64,000 nucleotides of DNA from Tubulanus polymorphus (lineage: Eukaryota; Animalia; Nemertea): NCBI RefSeq assembly GCF_964204645.1, contig NC_134027.1:3194485-3258484 (forward strand), read 5' to 3'. Positions 1 to 13,800 of this stretch are shown here, in pieces (the stretch's first letter is position 1; the number at the start of each line of letters is the position of its first letter). The notes beneath the pieces are model-generated. The model did no database searches, was not told where the DNA came from, and saw only the letters and a list, made by a program, of their open reading frames with translations. The translations under genes and the position numbers were made by a program.

Positions 1-17
1 TGCTTGTTTACCTGTAG

Positions 18-3000
18 TTATGATTGAAAAATTTGTAGGATGAGTGAGGTTGAATTCATGGAATTTGCTGAAATCGAGAATCATGATGATTTTTATGCTA
101 TTGATGAAGGCAGAGTTCATGTTCAAGATCAGCGAGGCTACTATATCATGTATGATGCAGCAATCACAGATATGAAGTAAGAATTCATCTAAAGAATGGA
201 TACAATGGATAAAAGATTTAATTTGGGGATCAATTGTCCGGGGGCAATTGCGTGATACCAATGGATCATGGTATCCTGATTGTCCTGATACCAATGGATA
301 CATGTACTTCTGTAGCATCAGCAATTCAAGCAAAACTGAATTAGTTATAGAATATCCGGTACGCTGAGACATGGAGAAGAGATGATACGGTTAAAACCTA
401 CTATATACAATTTAAAAGATTTAAATCAAAATCTATTTATCAAGTATTGCAATCAGAAGACAAAGCGTTTCAGACTCTTCCTCTAGATACCATCTTCATG
501 GTGTGAATTGAATATCTTTATAGGGAGCTGGAAAATGATTTGCTATTGTTAGCAACTCATTATATCGAGAAAGATAAGGATTTGAGGACGGCATCTAGAA
601 TCAATAGAGGTTCAGCAAGACGCGGCCAGGTACAGAATAACTTTAGAATTTAACAGATTTGAGTAACAAATTCGGATTGTTTTGTTTAAAATGTTAATTT
701 TCTCATTAAGGCACAGGCAGGGGATTTTGATATTCCTAATTATGCTCATCAAGAGGTCGATCGATTTTCTATCCTGCTAGATCTTTGGAATAACGAGGCG
801 ACGTACATGGAAGCCAAACGACAGGTTAATGAATACCACCTACATATTCAAACTAGTCCTCGCCCATTGCGTGGTTTCTTAACTAATTTCTGTTGTTCGA
901 AATAATTTTCACAGCTCATCGACTGTTATGTCGAAGCGTATCATCATGTTTTCGATCGGGATGAAAAGCGATCACTCGCGCAAGTCATTACTAATCTGAT
1001 TCACAAACGACCACGATTTGATTTCAACGCCGCGTATTTCATCAGATCATACAGAATGGAGTGCATATCGTTGAGGTTACAAGCTCAACTTGTAAAATCA
1101 ATCTTTGATAAACAGGTATTTAACATTACATGATACATGTACTTGTTAACCATTGATGGTAATATAGAAAATCCCAACTAAGAATGAAAGATAAGGTCGG
1201 AAAAGTTTCCTTGAGCTTTTAGATAATTCAACATACTATATCCTAATACTAATCTGCAGTATTCCTGGACATGACTATTAGGATACAGTAGAAATTTTGA
1301 ATAAACTGCAAGTACTAACTCAAATAAACTTGGTGTGGGATTTTTTACATTACATAAACTTGTGGATCAGTATTGTGTATTCAGACATTGTATCAAATCA
1401 GACACACTTACCGTAATCATTCATACAGATTGAAGAAGAGCGTGAATATTTGGCAAAAATTGTCAAAAAGGACGACCATCAGCCTGGATTTCCATTCAAA
1501 ATAATCCAGAAGCAACCGATATCTATCAATATGAGCAGGTAAGCTGTGATTTATCAGTTGAATCTATTAATTACTTTGCACGGTATTTTGAGAATTATTT
1601 AGTTTTAAGTTCTGCTGTTAATTGTTGTTTTGAATGTTCGCGTTGTGTTTCAGTAATGAGGAAGACAGTTTACCCAGGTTAGACAACGTATCACACGACA
1701 AACACTAACTTCACATCGATTTTATTGTATTTGAATCGCATTTTGTCATGAATTTTAATTCCCTGTATCTATAATATGACTAAACTTCACACAGTCGACT
1801 ACTATTACCTGGACACATTCAAAACGATGATTTTGTGTAGTTTGAAGTCATATTGAATTCGCATCCCTTCCCTTCGCTTGCTGTGTCAACATCCAAATAC
1901 AGGATCGCTGAATTGTGCATTTTGCTCTTCTTCAACAGCATTTTAAACGCATTTGATCCATTATATTTTTTCATCGATATGATATACACGTATCTTTTTT
2001 CATATATTTGTTTTTGTGCCTTGTCAGAAAATATGTAACAGAATGTTTTTATTGCACACCATAAAATTAACATTTTGTATCGATCACGGAGAATGTTGTA
2101 TGGTTGCACAATAGCATGTTTTTTCTCTTCACTTACCTGTTTCTTATTTCGTACAGGCCTGCATTACGCAATGTATTTATGCTAGAGTTCCACCCATCAC
2201 TAGCTATAGCTAGCCGAATTCCTGAAGCCCTTGATCATGCTTACTGGGTAAGGGTCTCTTTTGAAAGTTAATGATATGTAACGCAGTATCAGCAAAAAGA
2301 AAGCCATAATATTTCATCCAAGTTGAACATTGCACAATGGTTTCATCATAAATTTCTAGGAGCTTCATCATATGTTGAAACCAGAATCCATATTAGAAGA
2401 GGTCGCACTACAGAAGAGTATGTTAGAGTTATTGGTTGAAGATGTTGAGAAAATGGAACCACTCGGTTATTCATATTCAAACAATACGCAGAAGGATGTA
2501 AGTAAATTCCCACCTAACCTTGACAAAAACATGTGCAGATATTATTTGTATTAAATGTGTTTACAGCGTTTGTATTAAATATATTTACAGCTATTCGCAG
2601 ATGTATTTGTTGAGGATCCAAACATCATGACTGATATCGTAAAAGAACTGATATTTGAAAATGAACAAAGTGGAAAGCAGCGTTCTCAGAAAGTGAAACA
2701 TTTGGATATGATTGGTGTTTATGGAAATGTACTGGAGGTTAGTAGTATCATTGTTCCAGCAAGAATACACATCATACACCTTATGCACAACATCTGTAAA
2801 TCATTTGAAAATACTTTTTAGATGGCTACTAGACGTCATCGTTTGATGGATGCAGCTTGGGAAGCAGAAATCCTTTCAAAGGTAAGACTCAGGGAATTAT
2901 TAGCATTTTGTTTTTACATCGTATCATGTCCACTGTATTAACTCTTTTTACATCTGACTTTCCGACTCACTGTTTCAGATCTATAAGAAACAAGCTATAG

Positions 3001-6000
3001 ATTTAGGTTTTGAAGAATGTCATCTGTTTTTGCGATTTGTCCAGTTCGAATTTGCCAACTTCAAAGAGAAAATTTCTAAACCTCCAATGTTCATCACGTC
3101 TATACTTGACGATGATTCAATGGTTGACAGGTTTGTCTCACTAGATTGAATGAGCAGTTTTGGAATAACTATCCAGGCACGCCCTCTAACTATGCATCTC
3201 TATTCCATGTTATTACAGGTACAGCCCATCAAATTTGTATCTGGGAATTCAAGAACTTGATGAAACACATGTTGGAAAATTCAGTTTTCGGAGTCATGAA
3301 GGCTTGATGAAGGTGTACACTTAATTCACATTGATGCCTTATGTTCAATCATGAACTTTAGGTAATTTTCTGTGTGTGTCTAATTTATTTGTAGATTTTG
3401 AAAGGTCAGGGCTTAGAGAGTTTAGCAGTTGTATTGATGTGTCAGATAGTCCATAAGAATTGTCTAATATCAGCAGTACAGCAAGTGCATGGATGTCAAC
3501 CGGTTCGACCGACTGTAATTGACACTAAAGGAGGGTAAGTTCAACAAAATCTATCATCTATGAATAATGGCATGTGTTCTATACACATTTCACATCAAAC
3601 TGAAACTTTGCTATTTAATATAGGAGCGGCCGAGTGACTCCAACTGAGACAAAAAGTGAGAAGAGTTCAATGACTGCGATGACTGGTATATCAAGTAACA
3701 CTGGAGCCACCCAGCTTCTGTCTACCAAAAGTGGTGGCGGTTCAGGGCATAATTCTGGCCAGATCCCACAGTCATTTGTCTCATTGCAATTGGAAAAGGT
3801 CCGTGAAATATTGATACTTATATTACCTCATTCATTCGTAAAATTTCTTCGTTTTTTATACAATGTCTACACATTCTAATCCATGTTATTTAGCAACCAA
3901 GCCACGATTATATGTTGAATGAATTCGTGAACAAGAAATCTTCCATGTCAACTATCCTTAAGAATCCTGAAGAAATGGAGAAAATAAAAAGGTTTGTGGA
4001 TATTTTCAGGATGAAGCATGTGTCATACTGATTCATCATGCTGAAGGATAAAGCATTCTTATTTATGTATTATAGAAAACTGATAGCTGAATACTGCCAT
4101 AAACTTCATCATCGATTCACTCAATTTTCATTACGGAGTCAATTGATCGCTATATACAACAGTATACATAGTTTATTAGAGCAGTTTCCTGACTTGCGGT
4201 GAGTACTTGGACCCTTTACCTATGTACCGTAGTCTAGATAGCACTTGGTGAAACACTGGTCCATCACGATAGGTAAAACACAATATCTGTGTTGACGCGA
4301 TGAGGAGAGAATCCCACAATGATAATAAAAAGTCCGAAAATGAAACTTCGAGATAGTAGTTTATTTCAACGTTTCGACTATATCCTAATAGTCATCTTCA
4401 GGATGATTGTTGTTTATAATCACCCCTTAGTTTGCTTCCCTTTAATCTATTTTAGCGTGTAACTGTTTCTACGTTAATTTTCCTTTAGTTTGTATCATCT
4501 CTGATTACTTGAATTAGTCTCTTTGTCCCTGGATTGTATATATATCTCATAATTTCTGTAGTATCTCATTATTCCTGAAGATGACTATTAGGATATAGTC
4601 GAAACGTTGAAATAAACTACTATCTCGAAGTTTCATTTTCGGACTTTTTATTATCATTGTGGGATTCTCTCCTCACTCTGGTCCATGTTGTCGCTTTTCT
4701 TTTCTGAGTATGGAATTTTCTATATAACGCACTACAGAACTGTTAATTCTCAGATCTTTGATTGGTTCTGTGTTTTATGATGATATAGGGACACCTATTT
4801 CATGATTGGTGAACCAAATGAAAAGAAATCGGACATAGACTCACTGGAAGGACTTGTACCTGATGCGAGGTATTTTACATTTCTCTCATCGTTTGGAAAC
4901 CTGTACATTCATCATCGGCATGTTCACAATACAATTGAATGATTGCTGCCACTTTACTTGTAGATCATTGAAGAAGAGGCCGAGAAGGTTGCTGTCTCAA
5001 GATGGACGTCATTTCCTCAATATTTGGTTTATTCCGCATTGCACTGAAATTCTATATATGTTTAAAAACCTAGAGGACGATCAGTGTAATAAGATATTAC
5101 GTTATGCAGTCACCGCTGCATCTGTGGTGCACGATGTCACAGCATATCTGTGTTCACATGCCAAACTAGGAAGTGCTGCTGCCCGCCGTGGCAAACAACC
5201 AACATCTGCAGAATGGGGTGGAGTTGAGGGTGTTGGTATGTAATAGACTTCTCGTACCATAATCAATTAAGTCTCAATTCAATAAATACCGCAACCATTT
5301 TATGTATCCTAGGGGCTGAACTGCGTGAAATACAAACTCAAATCAACAATCTTCCTGACCCAACTAGTTTAGAGCAAGTGGTTGAGTTTCTTGTATTACG
5401 TAGGAACATCATGTTTTTGGAATATGATGTTGCTGTACGAATCACAATGAGGAATACATTCTTAGCTATGGGCAACATACCAGCGTATAAGGTGTGTGAA
5501 GCAAATATATATAGCCTTATGATTTAGAATCTATTATCTTCAGTTAATCTTATTAATCAATGATTATGATTCAACATGAATATTAATTACATTCATTCAT
5601 TTTCACAGGCTATAACAGACAACATGATCATTGGACTTCCTCCAATCAGTAACACCTTACATCCTAGTTTATTCGCCACATATCTCAATGTACCTGAGCC
5701 TTTGGAGGCAACAGATTTCCGTGCTAAAGAACTTTTTCCATGGCGAACATTTATTGGACAGTAAGAAAGATTCAGCTTTCTTGAGACTCTTCGGTATTAT
5801 TCATGTTTTGTGTATTGTATCAACAAAATGTATAATTTTCTATTTCAAGGAACACTGCTTTTCCGGTGTCATTTTGGCAATGGCATAGAATTGAACAGTT
5901 TATGCATATATGCATGGCTGGTCTTAAAGATGTTGATAAGTATGTGTATTTTCCTAGTATTCTATAACGTTTTTGTCTAAGGACATAATTATAATTTCAT

Positions 6001-9000
6001 AACCTTGATTTCAGGCAAATAGCGCATGGAGAAATTCTCGGTGTATCATTGTTACTAGAAGATGTATTGAATTCCGGAACACCTGACTCATCAGGACTGT
6101 TAGCCGATAGTGATGATGAGAATGCAGATAGTTCATTACGAATGGTTGGACACGCTGGAAGTCGTATGAGTTTAGCTAGTAGTTACAGTCGCAGATCGAG
6201 CAGCTTGTATAGCCTCAAATCAGGTGCTTGATAATCTTTAGATGATGTTTATCAATTATTTCATTGAATATCGTAATAACTTTTAGAATCGTATTTGTAG
6301 TTGGTACTAAGAAGGCATTATCTCGAATGCAAGATCCAGCAGAGTCATACCGACTGCTCAGACAGTTTCTGCTTCTTTGGAAACGTTTAGAAGTTTTCAA
6401 GTTAGATTGGGGTTTACGCAAGCTTTCTCTACAACGCATAGATACTGTCAATTCATACAAGGAATTTTGGTGAGAATCCTACAGTGCACAATGTAGACTT
6501 TCAATTGTAAACATCATGTTACTGATGAAATCTCATTTCTACCTTGTAGCATCATATACAAGCAAGAGAAACTGCTGCCATCTCTTCGTAGTATTGCAGC
6601 TCGTCATGGCCATCCTGATTTCTACGATGGTCTTGCGTCTGATAACGAACAGTTAATCATGCCACCAAATTCGACAGACTTCGAAATCAAATCTAAACAG
6701 GTATGATTTCCCCCAGTGATATTTACAATTGAAAATAGGGCGTGACTGATATTGTAGCATCTGTGTTATGTTTGTAGCTCGTCAGGTTATGTGAAAGTCT
6801 AGAATCTCACATGATTATGGAGGTGCGCAAAAAACTTGCAAAAGAACTGAACTTGGTGCTAGCCGAACGTGTTCGTGAGGAAGGTACTCTACCAACTGAT
6901 TTATGGAAAAAGCCGGTATGTAATCAAAATGTTCATGTGGAATTCCATTCCGTATCATCCTTTTCTTATCTCACTGTATTCATCCTCAGGCAATGAAGGA
7001 AAGTTTTACAATGAACAAGCCACATATTTCGGAGGCGTTTGCGGCAAAGCTTTACTCAGATTTCCAGGAGACAGAAACTGAAGTCACGTTCAACAAGAAG
7101 CACTTGAACTCATGTTTATTGCAGCTGGGTATTGATGTAATGGAGCGAGAACGACACAATTATGAAAAGTATATGATATATTGTTTACAGTCTGTTCGCA
7201 ATTTTCATTAAAGATGCATTTGATTTACTGGTATTGGTATTCACGTATTATCATCTATTCTTAAAGCTATACGATGTATTATGAAAATGTACTGCGAGTT
7301 CATCATCAACTACTGTATCAGAAAGAACAAGAGATAAAACAACTTAAAGACCAGCTGAAGAACACTAAGAATGACACAATGGTTGATGTACAGTGCCAGT
7401 TGGCTGATCAAAGTCAAGGCTTGTTACTCGGTAAATGTATTTCTGAGGCGCTATAAAAATCATGTTATTGACTGTTAACCACGTGGTGTACTCTTGTTCT
7501 ATAGAAATCACTGCTCTTCGTGCGAAGATAGCCGAAATGCGAGAAATAAGTCTGACTCAAGAGCGGGACATCCGTCAACGTGTAAAAGACGAATACGATG
7601 ACTTGATTCGTAATCTTTTCTCTTCAGCTTTTGAATTGAAAACTAAATTCGATGAGTTTAGGTGAAGGAAAACTCCAAACATTTCCAATCTTAATGTGCT
7701 AGCTGCATTGCGTAATAACGTCTCTTGTCTAAACGTGCATTTCAGGCATGAACTACATGATGATGTTTATGAAAAGATTGGTGAAGCTCGAAGAGAAGCA
7801 ATTGAGAGTATGACGAAACTGAAACAGAAATCTGGTGGAACAGCTGGACGTAAGTTTCATGTTTATTCCTGTAGTCTTATATAAATCTGCGCAATTCACA
7901 TTTATGTAGACGATGAATGTGTGTAATGTATTATTCTAGACGATGAGATGTCGGAAAAACATATTCAAATGTCGGCTAAAATCCGTGATTTTGAGCATGA
8001 GAACTTCAACATGACAAAACTGATGTTGAAGTCACGAGCCATGTCTAATTGGAGGCATAATTATACCACAGAAAACTTTCTCAAACAGGTGAAAGATTAC
8101 ATTTTTTCATGACCCTTCCTCGTGAATTAAACTTGGATTTTATTTTCATTTACTTATCATTAAGAGTCTTCTTATTCTTTGTTGAATCTAGATCGCTGAA
8201 ATTCGCAAGGAGGCAGACTTGAGTAAGAAGGAATACTTGGAAATAAAAATGTTAGCAGAAGAGGAAGTCATACTTCTGAGACAGCAACAGGTAGCGCTGA
8301 GAAATTATCTTCGAGATATAGAAAAAGAGTGCGTGGATGTTAAAAAACAACTGGAAAAAGAGGTTAGAGCTAAATACTGATATTGTATAACAAAATAATT
8401 GTATTTGGAATCATTTTAACGTGGAAATTTCTGTGTTTCAGCTGAAAGCCAAAAAGGAGAAGACTCATGCTGTCCAACAGAAATTACGCAGTCAAAAACA
8501 ACTGGAGATGGCTAAACAAGCAAACGCTGAACAATTGGTATGAATCGATTATATCTTAAATTGTTTTAGATGTAGAATTATTTGAATAATGATTTAATGA
8601 TTTATCGTTTTTAACTGAAGCTCGAGGAACTGGAGGAGAAAGAATTACGACTGAAAGCATTGACAGAAGAGCAAGAGAAACAAGTTCGATTGAAACAGAT
8701 TGCAGAAGACAAAGCAAGAAAAGATGTGTCACAAGTTCGAAAGCAACTCACTCATGAAAGAAACCTGAAGCTCAATGCTTTTCACAGAGTGGATGAACTG
8801 CAGAGCCAAGTAAGTTGTTTCATTAATTGATAAAAGATCTTATCAAAATGTTATTATGTACCTTTTGCAGTTGAGATCGAATGAACTCTTTTTTGTTATT
8901 CTTGTATTAACCAGATTTATGATGGTGAAATTCGACCTCAGACTTCGACATCACTGATCACTGGTATGTTCATCTCACTAAAATCTACCGGGTATTTCAC

Positions 9001-9439
9001 TGAATGAAAATGCTCTTTACATCTAGAATATCTATTGTATTTGGTAGTTTCGAGACCCAGAACCAGTGAACCGAGAAGCGCATCTGTTAGACGAGCGACA
9101 AGTGCAACAGTGCGATCATCAGTTACTACTGGTACAGGAGTGTGGCCTCCACCAGTTTCGTGGCCAGCTAATCGATCAGTTACTCCAGCACCTGAAGGTC
9201 ATAACAAGATAGTTCAGTTAGAATTGTACAGGAAATTCCAAAGGCCAAAAACGGTACGTGTACACGCACATGTATTACAAGTGAATATCACTGTTATATT
9301 TGTAAGATATGTGGATTGAAATTGTTGTATTTTCGAAATATAGGTCGGTGGCCGTTTGAGAAGTCAAATTGCAGAACAGTTACTTTCTGATTTGGATCCC
9401 GATCCGCATCATCAACTCGTTAGTGTACAACCGATCTGA
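18..9439 (+). CDS. 5'-partial multi-exon gene for a large coiled-coil protein, CCDC162-like
   Basis: About 40 short exons with GT-AG borders splice into a continuous protein, e.g. ...RQFLLLWKRLEVFKLDWG..., MYYENVLRVHHQLLYQKEQEIKQLK..., EITALRAKIAEM..., ending in TGA at 9437-9439. The family assignment is from recalled similarity to CCDC162 proteins; the 5' end lies outside the window. Confidence 0.7.
223..291. repeat. Small degenerate intronic repeat or MITE remnant
   Basis: Palindromic CAATTGtccgggggCAATTG, duplicated TGATACCAATGGAT, and inverted GGTATC/GATACC inside the first intron. Confidence 0.35.
1166..1349. mobile_element. Degenerate, internally deleted copy of the palindromic hammerhead/PLE-type element (family A)
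   Basis: AATCCCA...CTATATCCTAATA...TATTCCTGGACATGACTATTAGGATACAGTAGAAATTTTGAATAAACT...TGTGGGATT matches the 4301-4675 copy. Confidence 0.7.
4361..4405 (-). ncRNA. Second minimal hammerhead motif on the opposite strand
   Basis: The reverse complement reads CATC-CTGAAGATGACTATTAGGATATAGTCGAAACGTTGAAATAA. The core is intact but stem I is weaker. Confidence 0.6.
4569..4615 (+). ncRNA. Minimal type-I hammerhead ribozyme motif
   Basis: TTATTC (stem I)-CTGAAGA-T-GACTAT[taggat]ATAGTC (stem II)-GAAA-CGTT (palindromic AACGTT, putative GUU cleavage triplet)-GAAATAA (stem I 3' side, one bulge; sister copies read GAATAA). Confidence 0.75.
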
Positions 9440-10861
9440 GTCACTGAATCACTCGCTGCAGACACCCGCCTACTGAGACCAACTGAGGCTGAGCTATTCG
9501 ATGTATTGCTTCATGGCACGTTATTAATCTAAACGAATAACCACATAATCATGTTCTCAGGTACATTTGTGTACATTTTAGTATGAAAATAAAATTGTAC
9601 GAAAATGAAATTGTACAATGTAAATGTAACTATAATGATAGTGATCTACTGGTTATAGAGATCCGAAACCCCTTGTTTTTATTTGGCATATGTGTGTATG
9701 TACTTATATCGCGTGTTTATGAATACGTGGACAATTTGATGACCGAACAATGATTTAGTTTTAATCAACTGGTAATCAAAATTTTGTTCGATATCTACGA
9801 TAGATGTAGATTTTTCTATTGATAGTAATTTGAACGAAGTACCATTGATTACCAGGAATAAGACATATACCGCACACAAGTCGGTAGAATAACTCCGAAA
9901 AACACTGTAGATTTTGACGAGTATTTTATGATTGCTGTTTACAAAACATATTGATTATTCATGTTTCTATTTGATTTTTTATATGTTGATTTCATAAATA
10001 CAGCGTTAATGCCAATATGATATATTATATTATAAACCCCTATATACTGGTTCATATAGGATACTGAATCACTTGTTTAATGAATAAGGAACATGTATTT
10101 AGACTATACGTTCTTACAGAATCTCATTTATTTTGTAATCCTATTGCAGCATGCTTTATTTGATATCATGACAATATACAGAATGTGCAGAAATCTATGT
10201 AATTTGTACTGAAATAGTATTAGTTATGGCAATGTCTTAAGCACGGCGATGGTAACTAGTCTAGTATCCAGCTATTCTGGTATTTAGATTATGTTAGGTA
10301 CCTGTAATTTTTACTTGCACACTACAACTGTGATATTGTATGACCCGTATATATCAATTAATGATTTATAAATGCCGTCCACATTGATAGGAAACATTTC
10401 AGGAATATTTTGAAATTGTTTTTGTTGATGTATTTCGTTACTAAATAGCTATTTATATTCAAAACAATATGTATTTTTGAATAATCTGTGATTATTTTTG
10501 TAAATCATAATATATGCAACAGAGAAATAAAGCACAGTCTTCCAAACATATAGTTTGGAAGAAATTATATGTATAATGAATTTTGATATTTGTTGTTGTA
10601 TGTTTCTGGTAATTTGTAGAGAGGATTTTTCATTGGTTATAATACCAGCCCTCTTCCTGCATCGACTTCTATTCACACTTTTCAGGCTCTCGGACACGAA
10701 ATTACTTTTTCAATTCATCAAGAAGTTGAATTAAGTAAAAAATATTTAGTTCTGTTGAAATATCGTCGACACAAACAAAAACAACTGATCGCGTAGAATT
10801 TATGCAGATTATCTTGTATGGCTTCATTTACATTTATTACATGAATTGCGTATCTGCAGTT

Positions 10862-13800
10862 TTATTTATCTCCAAAATTCACGACGTCGCCATCTATCAA
10901 TTTCAGTAAAACTGACATTTTGGGACCACCACTTGTTTTATCAGATGACGGAACCGTTGAATCGCTCGAGTCCTCAGCTGTTGAAGATGTTTCTTGGTCA
11001 TCAATGCGTTTCAACGTTCCTCGTCGCCTGCCTTCCAAACGACTCGTACCGTGACTCAAGCGTCTTCTACTGCTACTCGCGGACTGGCTCAACGACGCAC
11101 TCGACTGGGAAGGATCCAAGTAGAAGCTTTCCCGTCTCCCGTGGCTGATGATGCTTTGGCGACTGCGGGCGTAGTTACTGGCTCTGCGACCAGCGTGGTC
11201 GGGTAAAATCCCACCACCTGGAGTGTAAGCTCGGTGAACTGCTGGACTGATAATCTGACGTAGACCGTACCGTAAAGAAAATGAGAAACGCGAACCCTCT
11301 TCATCTGTAGAATAAGGAAGACAAAATTACCGATTCATACATGATACATATGACTATCACTGAAAATGATGAACTCATGACGAACCTCCACTGACGAGAA
11401 CCTTCTTTACGTGAGATGTGTCAATGTTGAAATAATCAGGGATATCGTCCATATGATGAGGACTAATGTGTTCTTGCTCCGCTTTTCCCACTAGTTGCGC
11501 AACCCGATGATGTAAGAATCTTAAAGTGAATTTTTTCAAAATGCATATCTGAAAATCTGAACGTGTAGGCAGGCGTAATCGATAACAAACTCACCGACTC
11601 CAGAGATATGAAAGTATTGTAAAAATATTGACCGTTGCATCATGAAATAAACCGCGATCCATTGTGGAATGTCTGTAATCAGCTAGTATTGCTTCAGCTA
11701 CTTCATTGGCAATGTTCACCTTAGAAATATATGATCATAGATAAAACAATATCATTCTGAACTTTTGCACGGTAAACATACCGGTAACGTTTAGTTCTTT
11801 GACACACCTGGACTTTAGGAGGTAATTCCGAATCAATGAAACAAGTGATAATAGTTTTAGCCTTCGATTTGACCAAGTATTCATCAGCAGAAGTAAAGTT
11901 TCCCGCTGCCAAACTGGCATTAGCGTTATCAACTAGTTGACGATACCTAAAATAAAATATATGACAGTCGTTATTTTACTTTCAAAGTTGATAAGAAATG
12001 AAATAAATTCTCAAACTTTTAGACTTACTTTTCAACTTCTATCAGAAACTGCAAGTCGTTAGTAAGTTTTTCTAGAAATACGACTCTGTTCCTGATAACA
12101 CGTCGGTTTGGTGAACTTGCTACAGCCGTCCCTGCTCCGTGAACTGTTAGAACAAGAAACTCATTGAAACCGGGCGGATTATCTTTGAAGCAAACAAACG
12201 GCTTTTCAGCTTTACCTTCTGGATCTACAGCGATCTTATTCTTCAAATAATCTCTGAATATTTCAGCAGTCCACGGATTTAGAATTCCTCGTCGGAATGT
12301 AGCTACACCTCGTACAAAGTTTATCCACAATGCTCTCTAGAAATACAGGATGCGAAATGTAATAACTCATAACGGCAAATGCTATCAAAATTGCTTTGGA
12401 GCATACCGTTTTTTCTTTACTCCATCGTCGTTTTTCTTCGTCAATTTTCATTTTTTCTGTCGATGTTTTCGATTCAACTGCCTCGCCAAATGTTGCCTCA
12501 TATTCGGGCCATCTGAAACCAAGAGAAATGAAAACACATATACTATATCGTAATCGGAATAATCTTTACTCAATGTAAAATGTCTTACAATTTTTCTTCC
12601 ATAGACTTGAGAACAGCTAATTGAGCTGCTATGAGAACGGATGTCGTGACGCGCTCCATTCTGGGTATTTCACGAATAATATCAGCATCGCATTCAAGAG
12701 ATGAGCCTATTGTATAGAAAAACCCGTCTCATTTGCATTTTACCTTCAAAAACCGATGGCTTTATTTCGATCGTCCATGAGTTTATCCCAATTTGTCTAT
12801 ATTTGCGCATTTAACAGATACCTTTCCCAGTTGTTTTGCTGAAGAAGCGCTTGAGAATGTATTGTATTTTTGTGTTTCTATCTCTGACCTCCTTCGTTTG
12901 TCTCATGTCGTCGACGGCCAACCAAAACAAGAGTGGTCCCTCTGTATAGTCCGTTAACAACCACCGACGGAAAAACTCAATGTGGATTGGATCATGAAGA
13001 ACTTCTAATAGGTTCCTTCAAAGTGAAAAGTGAGATGATGAGATTCTTTCAAACTTTAGAAAACACAGGTATTGGGAAGAGATAGTCGATAACCCGATAG
13101 TTATTGTGAAAAATCCAAATCTATATCAATTACCTCGGTTTTGGTGGTCTTTCGTGGGTAATTCCGTTCTTTTTAAGTGGTTTCATATACGAAGGTGTTG
13201 TATCTTTAACAGTTTCCTGTTCAATAGATCCGTCTTCACTCAGATCCTTCAATCGTTTTATATCGTCCTCATTATACAAGTCACCCATACTGACCCGAAT
13301 AGATTCTATATCCAGTTTTTGTGGACGGGCCATTTTACGTAGATTAGCTGAAAATGGTAATACTTCTGCTAACATTTTGCTTTGATGATGAGTTAATGCA
13401 GCAGATTTCAAAACATCGGCTTTATTTACGTTGATGGAACACTGGCTGTTCCTTGATCCAAAGACTTCCTTTATCATTGTCCTGACTAAACGTAAGTAGT
13501 GAGTTAAAGTCGAGTGTAACATCAGCTGGTGAAATGGAAGAAATGATCATTTGAAAACAGTATAAACGAGGTTGATTTGTCGGGTCTAGGTATAAGCTTA
13601 CCGCATCCAACTATATCAGCAGCTAGTTCCAGAGCTAGCATGATTTCGGCTTGTTGTAGACCGACATGTCTCTCTTGAACAATAACATCTGGAGTCTGTG
13701 ATCGATCTTTAGATCTTTCAATAATCTGTACATTTCCACGAGGGTCGATATTGAATCTGTGTTTCGTAATTTTACCTTTGGGTACCAACTGAGATGAAGC

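Larger units (their letters stand above)
4256..4686. mobile_element. Young non-autonomous Penelope-like element (family A) with ~103-bp perfect inverted arms
   Basis: Perfect inverted repeat 4301-4403 / 4573-4675. Direct repeat CTGGTCCAT at 4256-4264 and 4678-4686 (candidate TSD). A 36-nt extension (4265-4300) is present on one side only. Each arm carries CTGAAGA...CGAAAC. Confidence 0.8.
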
